Shown in pieces: positions 26,711 through 35,089 of a stretch of DNA of 35,089 nucleotides. Below the pieces are notes generated by a model. The model searched no databases. It was not told where the DNA came from and worked only from the letters and a program-made list of their open reading frames with translations. Origin of the DNA: a bacterium. GTDB lineage: Bacteria > Sysuimicrobiota > Sysuimicrobiia > Sysuimicrobiales > Humicultoraceae. Location of the stretch: assembly GCA_041497675.1 (NCBI GenBank), contig JBGQGY010000025.1, positions 1 through 35,089 on the forward strand, read 5' to 3'. Positions within the stretch are counted from its first letter, which is position 1. Every line of letters starts with the position of its first letter. Position numbers and translations under genes: made by a program.

Positions 26711-28318
26711 TTGATGGGCAGGATGCTCGCGGTACTCCTCGTCGTGCTTTTGGCGGTTCCCGTCTCGTGGACCGCCGCCGCTCCGGCGCCAACGAAGGGG
26801 GGCACGCTGAATTACGCCCTCCGCGATGAGCCCGACCGGCTCGACCCCAACCTCTCAGGGCTGCGCCCGTCGCAGATCGTCTTCTTTCAGATCTTCGATC
26901 CTCTCGTCGTGCGCGACAAGCAGGACAAGAAGTTCAAACCCTGGTTGGCGACGAGTTGGACCGTGTCGACCGATGGCAAGGTGTACACGTTCAAGCTCCG
27001 CCCCGGCGTGAAGTTTCAAGACGGGACCGCGTTCGATGCCGCGGCGGTCAAGTTCAACTTTGATCGAACCCACAACCCGGCGCTCGCCAGCCGGTGCGGC
27101 GGCTGCGCCGTGGGCTTCTATGATCGCGCCGAGGTCGTCGACGCACAGACCGTGCGCATCTATCTCAAGCGACCGTGGGCGCCGTTCCTGGACGCCGCGA
27201 GTCTCTACTACCGTATGGTCTCGCCGGCAGCGGTGAAGCAGTACGGCGACCAGGACTTCGGCCGGCATCCGGTGGGCACCGGCCCCTTCAAGTTTGTGGA
27301 GTGGGTTCCCAACGACCACATCACGCTCGAGCGGTTCGAGGACTACAACTGGGCCCCGTCGGTTCTCAAGCACAATGGCGCGGCGTATCTCGACAAAGTG
27401 ATCTTCCGCATGTTGCCGGAGGACAGCACTCGGGTGGCCGCCCTCGAGAACGGCGAGGCGCAGGTCATTGACAACGCGCCCGCGCAGGACTTCGAACGTC
27501 TGACCAACGAGGCGAAGTACAAGGGCCTAGTCGGCTTCGTGCCGGGCGTGCCATTTGATTTCGCCTTGAACGTGACCAAGGCGCCGACCAACGACCTGGC
27601 GGTGCGACAGGCGCTCAGTTGGGGGATCGACCGAGAGGCGATCGTGAAGACGGTCTTCGGGCCGTTCCAGAAGGTCGGCGCGTTCCGGCCGGCGTACGGG
27701 TTGCTGACGCCCTACACCTACGCCTTTGACAAGGGTGCGGATCGGTATGGGTACGATCCCGCGAAGGCGAAGGCCTTGCTCGAAAAGGCGGGATGGAAAC
27801 CGGGACCTGATGGCATCCGCCAGAAGGGCGGGGTGCGGCTCGTCGTGCCCATCGGGTCATGGGAGCACGGCGTCCCCGAGGTGATGCAGGCGCAACTCAA
27901 GGCGATCGGGGTGGACGTGAAGTTGTACATCGCGACGGGCACCGCGATTCAGACGGTGAACGAGAACCAGCGGAAGGCCGTGACCTTACTCTCTCCGTTG
28001 CCGGCGCCGCGGAGCGACCCCGAGATCATCAGCGCGCTGCTGCACTCGCGGAACGTGGGCGGCGGAGGGTTCAACTTCTCGTTCGTGAAGGATCCCGAGC
28101 TCGATCGGCTGTTGGATGCTCAGGCCGTGGAGGTCAACGAAGTGAAGCGCGCCCAGGTACTGTCCAGGGTACAGCGGTTGGTCATGGACAAGGCGTACAT
28201 GCTGGCCGTGTACAACTGGGACAATATCTCGCTGAAGCTCGCAACCGTCAATGACCTGGAGTTCGACAGCATCGGGTTCTTTCCGTGGCTGCACGACGCC
28301 TGGATGACCACCAAGTAG
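26711..28318 (+). CDS. ABC transporter substrate-binding protein, family 5, with a CGGC motif
   Basis: SD aaggagg; signal peptide; KGGTL, EPDRLDP, FKLRPGVKFQDG, PVGTGPFKF, VRQALSWGIDR; start TTG 26711 or ATG 26714. Confidence 0.94.
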   Translation: MMGRMLAVLLVVLLAVPVSWTAAAPAPTKGGTLNYALRDEPDRLDPNLSGLRPSQIVFFQIFDPLVVRDKQDKKFKPWLATSWTVSTDGKVYTFKLRPGVKFQDGTAFDAAAVKFNFDRTHNPALASRCGGCAVGFYDRAEVVDAQTVRIYLKRPWAPFLDAASLYYRMVSPAAVKQYGDQDFGRHPVGTGPFKFVEWVPNDHITLERFEDYNWAPSVLKHNGAAYLDKVIFRMLPEDSTRVAALENGEAQVIDNAPAQDFERLTNEAKYKGLVGFVPGVPFDFALNVTKAPTNDLAVRQALSWGIDREAIVKTVFGPFQKVGAFRPAYGLLTPYTYAFDKGADRYGYDPAKAKALLEKAGWKPGPDGIRQKGGVRLVVPIGSWEHGVPEVMQAQLKAIGVDVKLYIATGTAIQTVNENQRKAVTLLSPLPAPRSDPEIISALLHSRNVGGGGFNFSFVKDPELDRLLDAQAVEVNEVKRAQVLSRVQRLVMDKAYMLAVYNWDNISLKLATVNDLEFDSIGFFPWLHDAWMTTK

Positions 28319-28328
28319 GAGGGGCAGG

Positions 28329-29087
28329 ATGGAGCCGACGCGCGAATCGCTGACCCGTGGGCTCTCCTCCGACTGGCGTGATCGGCTGCGGGAGTGGCCG
28401 CTACCACTCCCGCAGTTCACCCTCGATCCGCAGCGGACGGCGCTCGTCATCGTCGATATGCAGTACGGCTCGGTCGACCCGGACACCGGGGTGGGGCCGT
28501 ACCTTCGACAGCACTACCCTGTGGTCGCCGAGTACTACTACGGCCGGGTTCGCGACGCCGTGATTCCCAACACGCAGCGGCTCCTGGGCGCTTTCCGGAA
28601 GATCGGCCGCCCCGTCGTCTACCTGACGATCGGGTTCGCCCTTCCAGATCGGAGCGACGGTCTCGGTCTCCTCCGACAGATCGACGACGACCTCAAGGCC
28701 CGGATGGCCGAGGGCCCCCTTGTGCGGCGGGGGAGCCGGGCGAACACCGTGGTCGACCCCCTGGCGCCCAGGGACGGTGAGTTGGTGATCAACAAGACCT
28801 CGATGGGCGCGTTCAACTCCACGTCGATCGATCAAACCCTGCGCAACCTGGGGATCACGACGCTGGTGGTCGTCGGTGTTTCGACCGAGTGTTGCGTGGC
28901 GACGACTGCGCGGGACGGCGGAGACCGCGGGTTCCACGTTCTGCTGGTCGAAGACGCCTGCAGCGCGGTCACCCCATACCTCCAGGAGAGCAGCCTGGTC
29001 ACGTTTGCGGCGATGTTCGGACGGGTGGCGACGACTGAGGAGACGCTGGCAGAACTGACGGCGAAGACACGGGCATCGGCCCGCTGA
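28329..29087 (+). CDS. Isochorismatase-family cysteine hydrolase (amidase)
   Basis: TALVIVDMQ (Asp), VINKTSMGAF (Lys), GVSTECCVATTARD (Cys): complete catalytic triad. Confidence 0.92.
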   Translation: MEPTRESLTRGLSSDWRDRLREWPLPLPQFTLDPQRTALVIVDMQYGSVDPDTGVGPYLRQHYPVVAEYYYGRVRDAVIPNTQRLLGAFRKIGRPVVYLTIGFALPDRSDGLGLLRQIDDDLKARMAEGPLVRRGSRANTVVDPLAPRDGELVINKTSMGAFNSTSIDQTLRNLGITTLVVVGVSTECCVATTARDGGDRGFHVLLVEDACSAVTPYLQESSLVTFAAMFGRVATTEETLAELTAKTRASAR

Positions 29088-29090
29088 TCC

Positions 29091-30014
29091 GTGGGGCGCT
29101 ATCTGGCCTATCGGCTGTTCCAGGCCACGCTTGTCGTCCTCGGCGCCATGGTCATGGTCTTTATGATGCTCCATCTGATCCCCGGCGATCCGGTCCAGGT
29201 CCTGTTTGGTGATGCGCCCGTCCCCAAAGAGCAGGTGGAGGCCGTCCGCCACCAACTCGGGTTGGACCTGCCGCTGGATCAGCAGTTTCTGCGCTATGTG
29301 CGGCAGACGGTGAGTGGAGACCTGGGCCGGTCTCTCAAGACCAACCGGCCGATCGTCGCCGACCTGCGCAGGGCGATCCCCTATACCGCCAGCCTGGCCG
29401 TGACGGCGATGCTGCTCGCGGTGGGCGGGGGGACTCTCTGTGGAATCGTCTCGGCGGTGCGTCACAATACCTGGCTCGACAATGCCGTCACGACGGTCGC
29501 GCTCGCCGGGATCTCGCTCCCGACGTACTGGACGGGTCTCTTGCTGATCTGGGCGTTCAGCATCAAGTTCAACTGGTTTCCCATCACCGGTCAGGGGACG
29601 GTGCGTCACCTGGTCCTGCCGGCCATTACGCTGGGCTGGTATGCGGGGGCGATTCTCACGCGTCTGGTCCGCAGCGGCATGCTCGAGGTCCTGCGCCAGG
29701 ACTACGTGAGGACGGCGCAGGCGAAGGGGCTCTCGACCCGGACGGTGCTGGTGCAGCACGCATTGCGAAACGCGCTGATCCCGGTGATCACGGTGGCCAG
29801 CATTCAGCTTGGGACCATGCTCGGCGGCGCGGTGGTTGTGGAAACCGTGTTCGCGCGCGACGGCGTTGGCCGGATGCTCGTGAACGGGATCTTGCAGAAG
29901 GATTTCCCGACGGTCCAGGGCGCTGTACTCCTGGTGGCCATTGTCTATAGCGTAACCAATCTGGTCGCCGACGTGTCGTACGGCTTCATTGACCCGCGGA
30001 TTCGCTACACGTAG
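29091..30014 (+). CDS. ABC transporter permease, DppB/OppB-like
   Basis: PGDPV, GDLGRS, DYVRTAQAKGL, HALRNALIP, IDPRIRY. Confidence 0.95.
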   Translation: MGRYLAYRLFQATLVVLGAMVMVFMMLHLIPGDPVQVLFGDAPVPKEQVEAVRHQLGLDLPLDQQFLRYVRQTVSGDLGRSLKTNRPIVADLRRAIPYTASLAVTAMLLAVGGGTLCGIVSAVRHNTWLDNAVTTVALAGISLPTYWTGLLLIWAFSIKFNWFPITGQGTVRHLVLPAITLGWYAGAILTRLVRSGMLEVLRQDYVRTAQAKGLSTRTVLVQHALRNALIPVITVASIQLGTMLGGAVVVETVFARDGVGRMLVNGILQKDFPTVQGAVLLVAIVYSVTNLVADVSYGFIDPRIRYT

Positions 30015-30022
30015 CGTGCGGC

Positions 30023-30895
30023 ATGGGCCCGACAACGCTCCCAGCATCGAGCCCGCCGCGCCGCCCCGGCCGCTTTGCGGTGCTCCGGCGTCTCAGCCCC
30101 GGTGGGAAGGCATCGCTGGTGATCTTCCTGTTGTTCTGCGTACCGCTGGTCGTGCCGCAGCTGCTGGCGCCGTACGACCCCACGGCCATTTCATACAGTG
30201 AAATCTTCCAGGGCCCGAGCGGGCACCACTGGCTCGGCACGGACCAGTACGGGCGTGACATCCTAAGCCGGCTCATCCACGGGACTCGTGTCTCAATGAG
30301 TCTAGGCCTGGTATCCGTCTCGCTCTCGCTTGCCCTGAGCCTGCCGCTGGGGATTGCCGCCGGATTCTATCGCGGGCGATTCGAAACCGTCGTCATGCGG
30401 TTGCTCGATATCCTGATGGCATTTCCGGGGATCCTGCTGGCCCTCATCGTGGTGGCCATTCTCGGGCCCGGTTTGGCGAATGCCATGGTGGCCGTCGGTA
30501 TCGGCGAGGCGCCGGCCTACACGCGGGTCGTCCGGTCGGCCGTGCTGACGATCCGCGAAAATCTCTACGTGGAGTCGGCTCGGGCGGTTGGCGCCGGTGA
30601 CGGCCGGACGCTCTGGCGCCACGTGCTGCCGAACGTGTTGCAGCCCATCATTGTGATCTCAACCGTCGGGTTTGCGGTCGCGATCATCATCGGGTCCTCG
30701 CTGGGGTTCCTGGGGCTGGGCGCCCAGCCCCCGACGGCCGAGTGGGGAACCATGGTGAGCGAGGGTCGGACTTATCTTCGGTCCCGCTGGTGGATTTCGA
30801 CCTTCCCCGGCGCCACGATCGGCGTGGCCGTCATCGCGCTGAACGTGCTGGGAGACGCCCTGAGAGACGTACTCGACCCCCGGTTGAGGCGCTAG
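30023..30895 (+). CDS. ABC transporter permease, DppC/OppC-like
   Basis: HWLGTDQYGRDILSR, YVESARAVGA, HVLPN, GDALRDVLDPRLRR. Confidence 0.95.
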   Translation: MGPTTLPASSPPRRPGRFAVLRRLSPGGKASLVIFLLFCVPLVVPQLLAPYDPTAISYSEIFQGPSGHHWLGTDQYGRDILSRLIHGTRVSMSLGLVSVSLSLALSLPLGIAAGFYRGRFETVVMRLLDILMAFPGILLALIVVAILGPGLANAMVAVGIGEAPAYTRVVRSAVLTIRENLYVESARAVGAGDGRTLWRHVLPNVLQPIIVISTVGFAVAIIIGSSLGFLGLGAQPPTAEWGTMVSEGRTYLRSRWWISTFPGATIGVAVIALNVLGDALRDVLDPRLRR

Positions 30896-30961
30896 GATGT
30901 CGCAGGGATGCCGTAGGTGGAATACGAAGCAACAGATGTTTCCTTTCCCATGGAGGCGACT

Positions 30962-31747
30962 GTGACGCGCCACCTCGCCCGCATGACCTGGACGCAGGTG
31001 GCCGCCGCATTAACGCGCCGCCCGGTCGTCCTGATACCCTTGGGGGCTCTGGAGCCGCACGGGCCGCACATGCCCATGGGACTGGACTTCCTGGTGGCGG
31101 AGCACATGGCCGAAGCGGCGGCCGAACAGACCGATTCGCTGATCGCCCCCACGCTGCCCCACGGCTACGGCGTCTCCTCCGCCGACTTTCCGGGTGCTGT
31201 GACGCTAAGGGCAGAGACGCTGATCGCCCTCGTCGAGGACACCTTGCGTAGCCTCGTGCGTCACGGCGTGACTCACGTGCTGCTGGTCGACAACCACCGC
31301 AGCAACAACCCCTATGTCGAGGTCGCGGCCCGCCGTATCCGCGCCGAGACCGGTGTGCTCGTCGGGTCGTTCTTCCCCTGGGGCACCATCATCAACCTGG
31401 CGCCGCCGCTCTACAAAGACTTCGCCAACGTGGTCGGACACGGCGGCGAACCCGAGACGTCGGTGGCCCTCCATCTCTACCCGGATTGGGTTGACATGAC
31501 GCAGGCCCGACCCGACACATTTGCGCCGTTTCACGGTCAGGCAATGAGATCGGCCGGCGAGCCTGCGCTGGGCAAGGCCGCGGCGCACATTTGGGTCACG
31601 AGTCGGGAGATTTCCGACACCGGTATCAAGGGCGACCCGACGATCGCCGACCCCGCGCGGGGCCGGACCCTTGTTGAGGGAGCAGTCCAAGAGCTCGTAC
31701 GCGTCATCGAGGCGTTCCACCGGCTCCCAGCCGGGATGAAGTCGTGA
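30962..31747 (+). CDS. Creatininase-family metallo-amidohydrolase
   Basis: MTW, PLGALEPHGPHMPMGLD, FPGAVTL, DNHRSN, HGGEPETS, GIKGDP; start placed at GTG 30962 from SD GGAGG at 30952 (ORF track starts 30917). Confidence 0.9.
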   Translation: MTRHLARMTWTQVAAALTRRPVVLIPLGALEPHGPHMPMGLDFLVAEHMAEAAAEQTDSLIAPTLPHGYGVSSADFPGAVTLRAETLIALVEDTLRSLVRHGVTHVLLVDNHRSNNPYVEVAARRIRAETGVLVGSFFPWGTIINLAPPLYKDFANVVGHGGEPETSVALHLYPDWVDMTQARPDTFAPFHGQAMRSAGEPALGKAAAHIWVTSREISDTGIKGDPTIADPARGRTLVEGAVQELVRVIEAFHRLPAGMKS

Positions 31748-31784
31748 CGAAGACCCAACTCGAAGCTCCCACTGGAGGAACAGG

Positions 31785-32486
31785 ATGAACGATCGTGTCA
31801 CCGTCGAGTTCAAACTCCGTTTATCAATCACCCGGCCCGATCCGTCGTCGTATGCCCGGTTCCACGAGTACGCCACCGCCAACATCTCCGATGCCTTTTT
31901 CAAGCGGCAGACGCTGCCGCACGACATCAAGCCGGTGTACACCGGCTGCCCCCGCATCGTCGGTCCGGCGATCACCGCGCAGGTCACACCGGGCGACGAG
32001 CTGCTTCCGCTAAAGGCCATCGAGATCGCTAAACCCGGCGACGTCATCGTGGTCGTCGGCGCCTACTCGCCGCGATTCAGCCTGTGGGGCGGTGTGATGA
32101 GCACGATGGCGAAGGCGCGGGGCGTCGCGGGTCTGATCACCGACGGACTGGTGCGCGACGTCGACGAGACGCGGCGCGCCGGCTTCGCGATCTACGCGAC
32201 GGGGCTGACGCCCTGCGCGCCGTGCATGAACGTGCCGCCGGGTGAGTTGAACTATCCGATCGTATTCGGCACCGCCGAGATCCGGCCGGGCGACCTGATG
32301 GTCGCCGACGAGGACGGGGTCGTGTGCGTGCCCCGAGAGCAGATCGCCGCCGTCGACGCCGCCGTGCAAGAGCGCATGGCCAAAGAGCAGGGCTGGCACA
32401 AAGAGATCCAGCGGACCCGCGCTATGATCCTGAAGGACGCGGTCGACAAACTGCTCGCGGCGCGCTCGACGCAGATCGAGCCGTAG
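31785..32486 (+). CDS. RraA-family protein / HMG aldolase-like (copy 3)
   Basis: TANISDA, VGPAIT, PGDVIVV, WGGVMS, TDGLVRD, PGDLMVADEDGV; SD ggagga. Confidence 0.9.
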   Translation: MNDRVTVEFKLRLSITRPDPSSYARFHEYATANISDAFFKRQTLPHDIKPVYTGCPRIVGPAITAQVTPGDELLPLKAIEIAKPGDVIVVVGAYSPRFSLWGGVMSTMAKARGVAGLITDGLVRDVDETRRAGFAIYATGLTPCAPCMNVPPGELNYPIVFGTAEIRPGDLMVADEDGVVCVPREQIAAVDAAVQERMAKEQGWHKEIQRTRAMILKDAVDKLLAARSTQIEP

Positions 32487-32494
32487 AGGGTGGA

Positions 32495-33448
32495 GTGAGG
32501 GCGTACCTGATCCGGCGGATGGTCACTGCCCTGGGACTGCTGTGGGTGGTGGCATCGGTCGTCTTCTTTTCAATCTATCTGCTGCCCGGCGATCCCGCGC
32601 ACGTCATCCTGGGCGGGATGGATGCCAACCCGACACCGGAGCAGCTCCAGGCGGTGCGCGAGAAACTGGGGCTCGACCGTCCGGCGGTGACGCGCTACGT
32701 CGAGTGGATCACCCACGTGCTGCGCGGTGACTTTGGCCGCTCGCTCATTACCGACCGCCCCGTGGCCGCGGATCTCGTCGTGCGTCTGGGGCGTACGCTG
32801 CAGCTGATCGTCCCCGCGATCAGCATCGCGGTCGCGGTCGGCGTTCCGGCCGGTGTGTTTGCCGCCCGCCGCCGGGGTACGGTGTACGATCCGCTGGCGT
32901 CCGCCGTGACCCTGCTCGGCTTTTCCGTGCCCGTGTTTGTGGTCGGTCCGATGCTCGTGTACGTGTTCGCGCTGTGGCTCAAGGTGCTGCCATCGGGCGG
33001 GTACGTGCACTTCGCCGAGCAGCCGGCAGCATACCTCACGTATCTGGTGATGCCGGCGCTGGCGCTGGCCGCCGGCCCCATGGCAACCACGATGCGCATG
33101 GCGCGCTCCGCGGTGCTCGAACAACTGCCGCTCGACTACGTGCGCACGGCGCGCAGTAAGGGACTGTCAGACCCAGGCGTCTTGGGCCACCATGTGCTGC
33201 GCAACGCCCTGCTGCCGGTGCTCACCATCGTGGGGCTGCAGATCGGCGCGATGTTCGCCGGCAGCGTCATCGTCGAAGCTATTTTTAGCTGGCCGGGGAT
33301 GAACGCGTTCTTGCTGCAGGCCATCGGGGTGCGGGACTACCCGGTGATCCAGGCCGTGGTCTTCACCGCCTCAGGGCTGTTCATCACGATCAACTTCATG
33401 ACCGACGTCGGCTATGCAGTCCTCGACCCTCGCATTCGCTACGCATAG
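32495..33448 (+). CDS. ABC transporter permease, DppB/OppB-like
   Basis: GTG 32495 (RAYLIRRMV); PGDPA, GDFGRS, DYVRTARSKGL, HVLRNALLP, LDPRIRY. Confidence 0.94.
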   Translation: MRAYLIRRMVTALGLLWVVASVVFFSIYLLPGDPAHVILGGMDANPTPEQLQAVREKLGLDRPAVTRYVEWITHVLRGDFGRSLITDRPVAADLVVRLGRTLQLIVPAISIAVAVGVPAGVFAARRRGTVYDPLASAVTLLGFSVPVFVVGPMLVYVFALWLKVLPSGGYVHFAEQPAAYLTYLVMPALALAAGPMATTMRMARSAVLEQLPLDYVRTARSKGLSDPGVLGHHVLRNALLPVLTIVGLQIGAMFAGSVIVEAIFSWPGMNAFLLQAIGVRDYPVIQAVVFTASGLFITINFMTDVGYAVLDPRIRYA

Positions 33449-34292
33449 GCCCGCGGCCCAGCGCCGCGCGCGCCCCCGCTGGTGGAGCGTGCGGCTCGCC
33501 GCGCCGGCGGTGGTGGTGGCCGTGGTGGCGGCAGTGGCCGCGCTGGCCCCGGTCATCGCGCGCTACGACCCGGACGCGATCGACCCGGCGATCCGTGTGG
33601 CAGGGCCGTCACGCGCGCACCTGCTCGGTACCGATGAGTACGGCCGCGATATCACGAGCCGTCTGGCCCACGGGGCGCGCATCTCGCTGGCCGTCAGCCT
33701 GGTGAGTGTCACCATCGCCCTGACCGCCGGGACCCTGGTCGGGATGACGGCGGGATACTTCGGCGGCCCGCTCGAACTCATCCTAATGAGGGTCGTGGAT
33801 GGCCTCTTGTCGTTCCCCCCGATCCTGCTGGCGCTGTTCGTCATCACGTTCCTGGGGCCGTCGCTGTCCAACGTGATCTTGGTCATTGGGCTGCTGTACA
33901 TCCCCCGGTTTGCCCGGATCGCCCACGGCGCAACGCTGTCGGTACGTGAGACTGAGTACGTCCAGGCATCGACGGCGATGGGCGCCACCCACGGCCGGAC
34001 GCTGCGGCGCGCGATCCTGCCAAATATCGCGGCGCCGTTGTTCGTGCAAACATCACTTGGGCTCGGGCAGGCGATCTTGCTCGAAGCCGGATTGAGTTTC
34101 TTGGGGCTGGGCGCGCCGCCGCCGGCGCCCTCGTGGGGGCGGATGATCGAGCAGTCGAGCCGGTTCATGAGCCTGAGCCCCTGGCCGATGGTCTGGCCGT
34201 CGATTGTCGTGTCGGCGACGGTCCTGGCCTTCAATCTCTTGGGAGATGCTGCGCGCGACGCCCTCGATCCCCGTCTCAGGGGAAGGGCGTAA
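33414..34292 (+). CDS. ABC transporter permease, DppC/OppC-like
   Basis: HLLGTDEYGRDITSR, EYVQASTAMGA, ILPN, EAGLSFLGLG, GDAARDALDPR; exact start uncertain. Confidence 0.92.
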   Translation: MQSSTLAFATHRPAAQRRARPRWWSVRLAAPAVVVAVVAAVAALAPVIARYDPDAIDPAIRVAGPSRAHLLGTDEYGRDITSRLAHGARISLAVSLVSVTIALTAGTLVGMTAGYFGGPLELILMRVVDGLLSFPPILLALFVITFLGPSLSNVILVIGLLYIPRFARIAHGATLSVRETEYVQASTAMGATHGRTLRRAILPNIAAPLFVQTSLGLGQAILLEAGLSFLGLGAPPPAPSWGRMIEQSSRFMSLSPWPMVWPSIVVSATVLAFNLLGDAARDALDPRLRGRA

Positions 34293-34306
34293 CAGGAGGG
34301 ATAGCG

Positions 34307-35089
34307 ATGCGTATGCACAGAACGATGGCCGCCCTCGTCGTCATTCTCGGCTTGATCGGCCTGCCTGCGTTCGGTCAACAACCGGCCGGGCAACCGTCCG
34401 CGGATGCCTGCAAGGTCCGCGGAGGCACGCTCAAGTTTGGTTTGTCCCGCGACGCGATCGGGCTGGACCCGCACCTCAACTACGGCGTCACGAGCTCGTC
34501 GGTGCAGGGCAACGTCTACGACACGCTCGTGCAATACGACGTCCAGGGTCGGCTCTCGCCGGCGCTGGCCGAATCGTGGACGCAGCCGCAGCCGACCCTC
34601 TACGTGCTCAAACTGCGGCGGAACGTGACGTTTCACGACGGCAGCCCCTTTAGCGCCGCCGACGTCCTCTATAGCCTGCAGCGGATTCGCGATCCCAACA
34701 CCCGCGCCTACCGCCAGCGCGACCTGGAGACACTGTTGGAGAATGCGACCGCGCCGGACCCGTACACGGTTGAGTTGAGGCTCAAGAGTCCCAGCGCGAC
34801 GTTCATGGACATGCTGGCCCGCCCCGAGATGTACATCATTAGCAAGCGGTGGAGCGAGGGCGGCGGTGATGTTCGTAAGACCGCCATTGGGACCGGCCCC
34901 TTCCGGCTCACAAGTTATGAGTTCGGGGTCCGCTACATCTTCGACCGGAACCCCACCGCGTGGAGCCCGCCGTGCGTGGATCGCGTGGAGATGTACACGT
35001 ATCAGGACGACCGCGCGCGCGTCAACGCCCTCAAGAGCGGGCAGGTGGATCTCATCGAGTACCTGCCGTGGCAAGAGGTGGAGTACTTC
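34307..35089 (+). CDS. ABC transporter substrate-binding protein, family 5, 3'-truncated by the window edge (absent from the ORF track)
   Basis: SD aggagg then ATG 34307; MRMHRTMAALVVILGLIGLPAFG signal; RGGTLKFG, GLDPH, VYDTLV, KLRRNVTFHDG, IGTGPFRL; frame open to the last base. Confidence 0.92.
   Translation, partial: MRMHRTMAALVVILGLIGLPAFGQQPAGQPSADACKVRGGTLKFGLSRDAIGLDPHLNYGVTSSSVQGNVYDTLVQYDVQGRLSPALAESWTQPQPTLYVLKLRRNVTFHDGSPFSAADVLYSLQRIRDPNTRAYRQRDLETLLENATAPDPYTVELRLKSPSATFMDMLARPEMYIISKRWSEGGGDVRKTAIGTGPFRLTSYEFGVRYIFDRNPTAWSPPCVDRVEMYTYQDDRARVNALKSGQVDLIEYLPWQEVEYF

Noticed and set aside
28401..30047. Long antisense ORFs in the track (also 33563..35074, 23652..25187, 20104..21537, 3781..5001, 6190..7317)
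   Set aside because: They lie opposite well-supported genes and have no family motifs; long shadow frames are expected in GC-rich coding DNA.
3916..31747. Mycofactocin-like RiPP system (peptide ending VY plus creatininase/MftE-like protein)
   Set aside because: No IDGxCGVY motif, no radical-SAM or RRE protein, and the two genes are 27 kb apart.
8910..32486. RraA proteins as RNase E regulators or menaquinone methyltransferases
   Set aside because: They retain the aldolase RD motif and sit in catabolic operons; the MenG label for this family is a known misannotation.
33441..33443. ACG as a non-canonical start for the last DppC (tACGcatag overlapping the DppB stop)
   Set aside because: An in-frame ATG exists at 33414 and nothing in the sequence discriminates between them.
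1..35089. CRISPR arrays, tRNA/rRNA, IS elements, integrases, prophage or defence genes, intrinsic terminators, leu attenuator
   Set aside because: No repeat-spacer periodicity, RNA-gene signatures, mobile-element proteins or hairpin + U-tract seen; the ilv/leu leader lies outside the window.

Overview
GC-rich bacterial DNA, almost fully coding, with no rRNA, tRNA, CRISPR array, transposase or integrase that I can recognise. Bases 1-3883 are the tail of a branched-chain amino acid operon (ilvN, leuA, leuC, leuD; no ilvC or leuB in it), followed by a 56-aa orphan ORF. The remaining ~31 kb is a modular uptake-and-catabolism region. It holds four Dpp/Opp-type ABC importers (family-5 binding protein plus two permeases, no ATPase in the window) and one complete PotABCD-like importer. 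Interleaved with them are three GGT-family Ntn-hydrolases that keep the catalytic Thr but lack the canonical gamma-glutamyl-binding residues, three RraA/HMG-aldolase paralogues, an M28 peptidase, an acetamidase/formamidase, an isochorismatase-family cysteine hydrolase, a creatininase-family protein, a 4,5-dihydroxyphthalate-decarboxylase-like protein and a HutC-type GntR regulator. At 21.9-24.1 kb there is a decayed paralogue of the intact 25-30.9 kb cluster, with a frameshift and three apparent deletion scars. The best candidate for an undescribed system is the recurring module of importer + amide hydrolase + RraA aldolase, whose substrates cannot be named from sequence alone. All family calls come from motif recognition by eye, not database searches.
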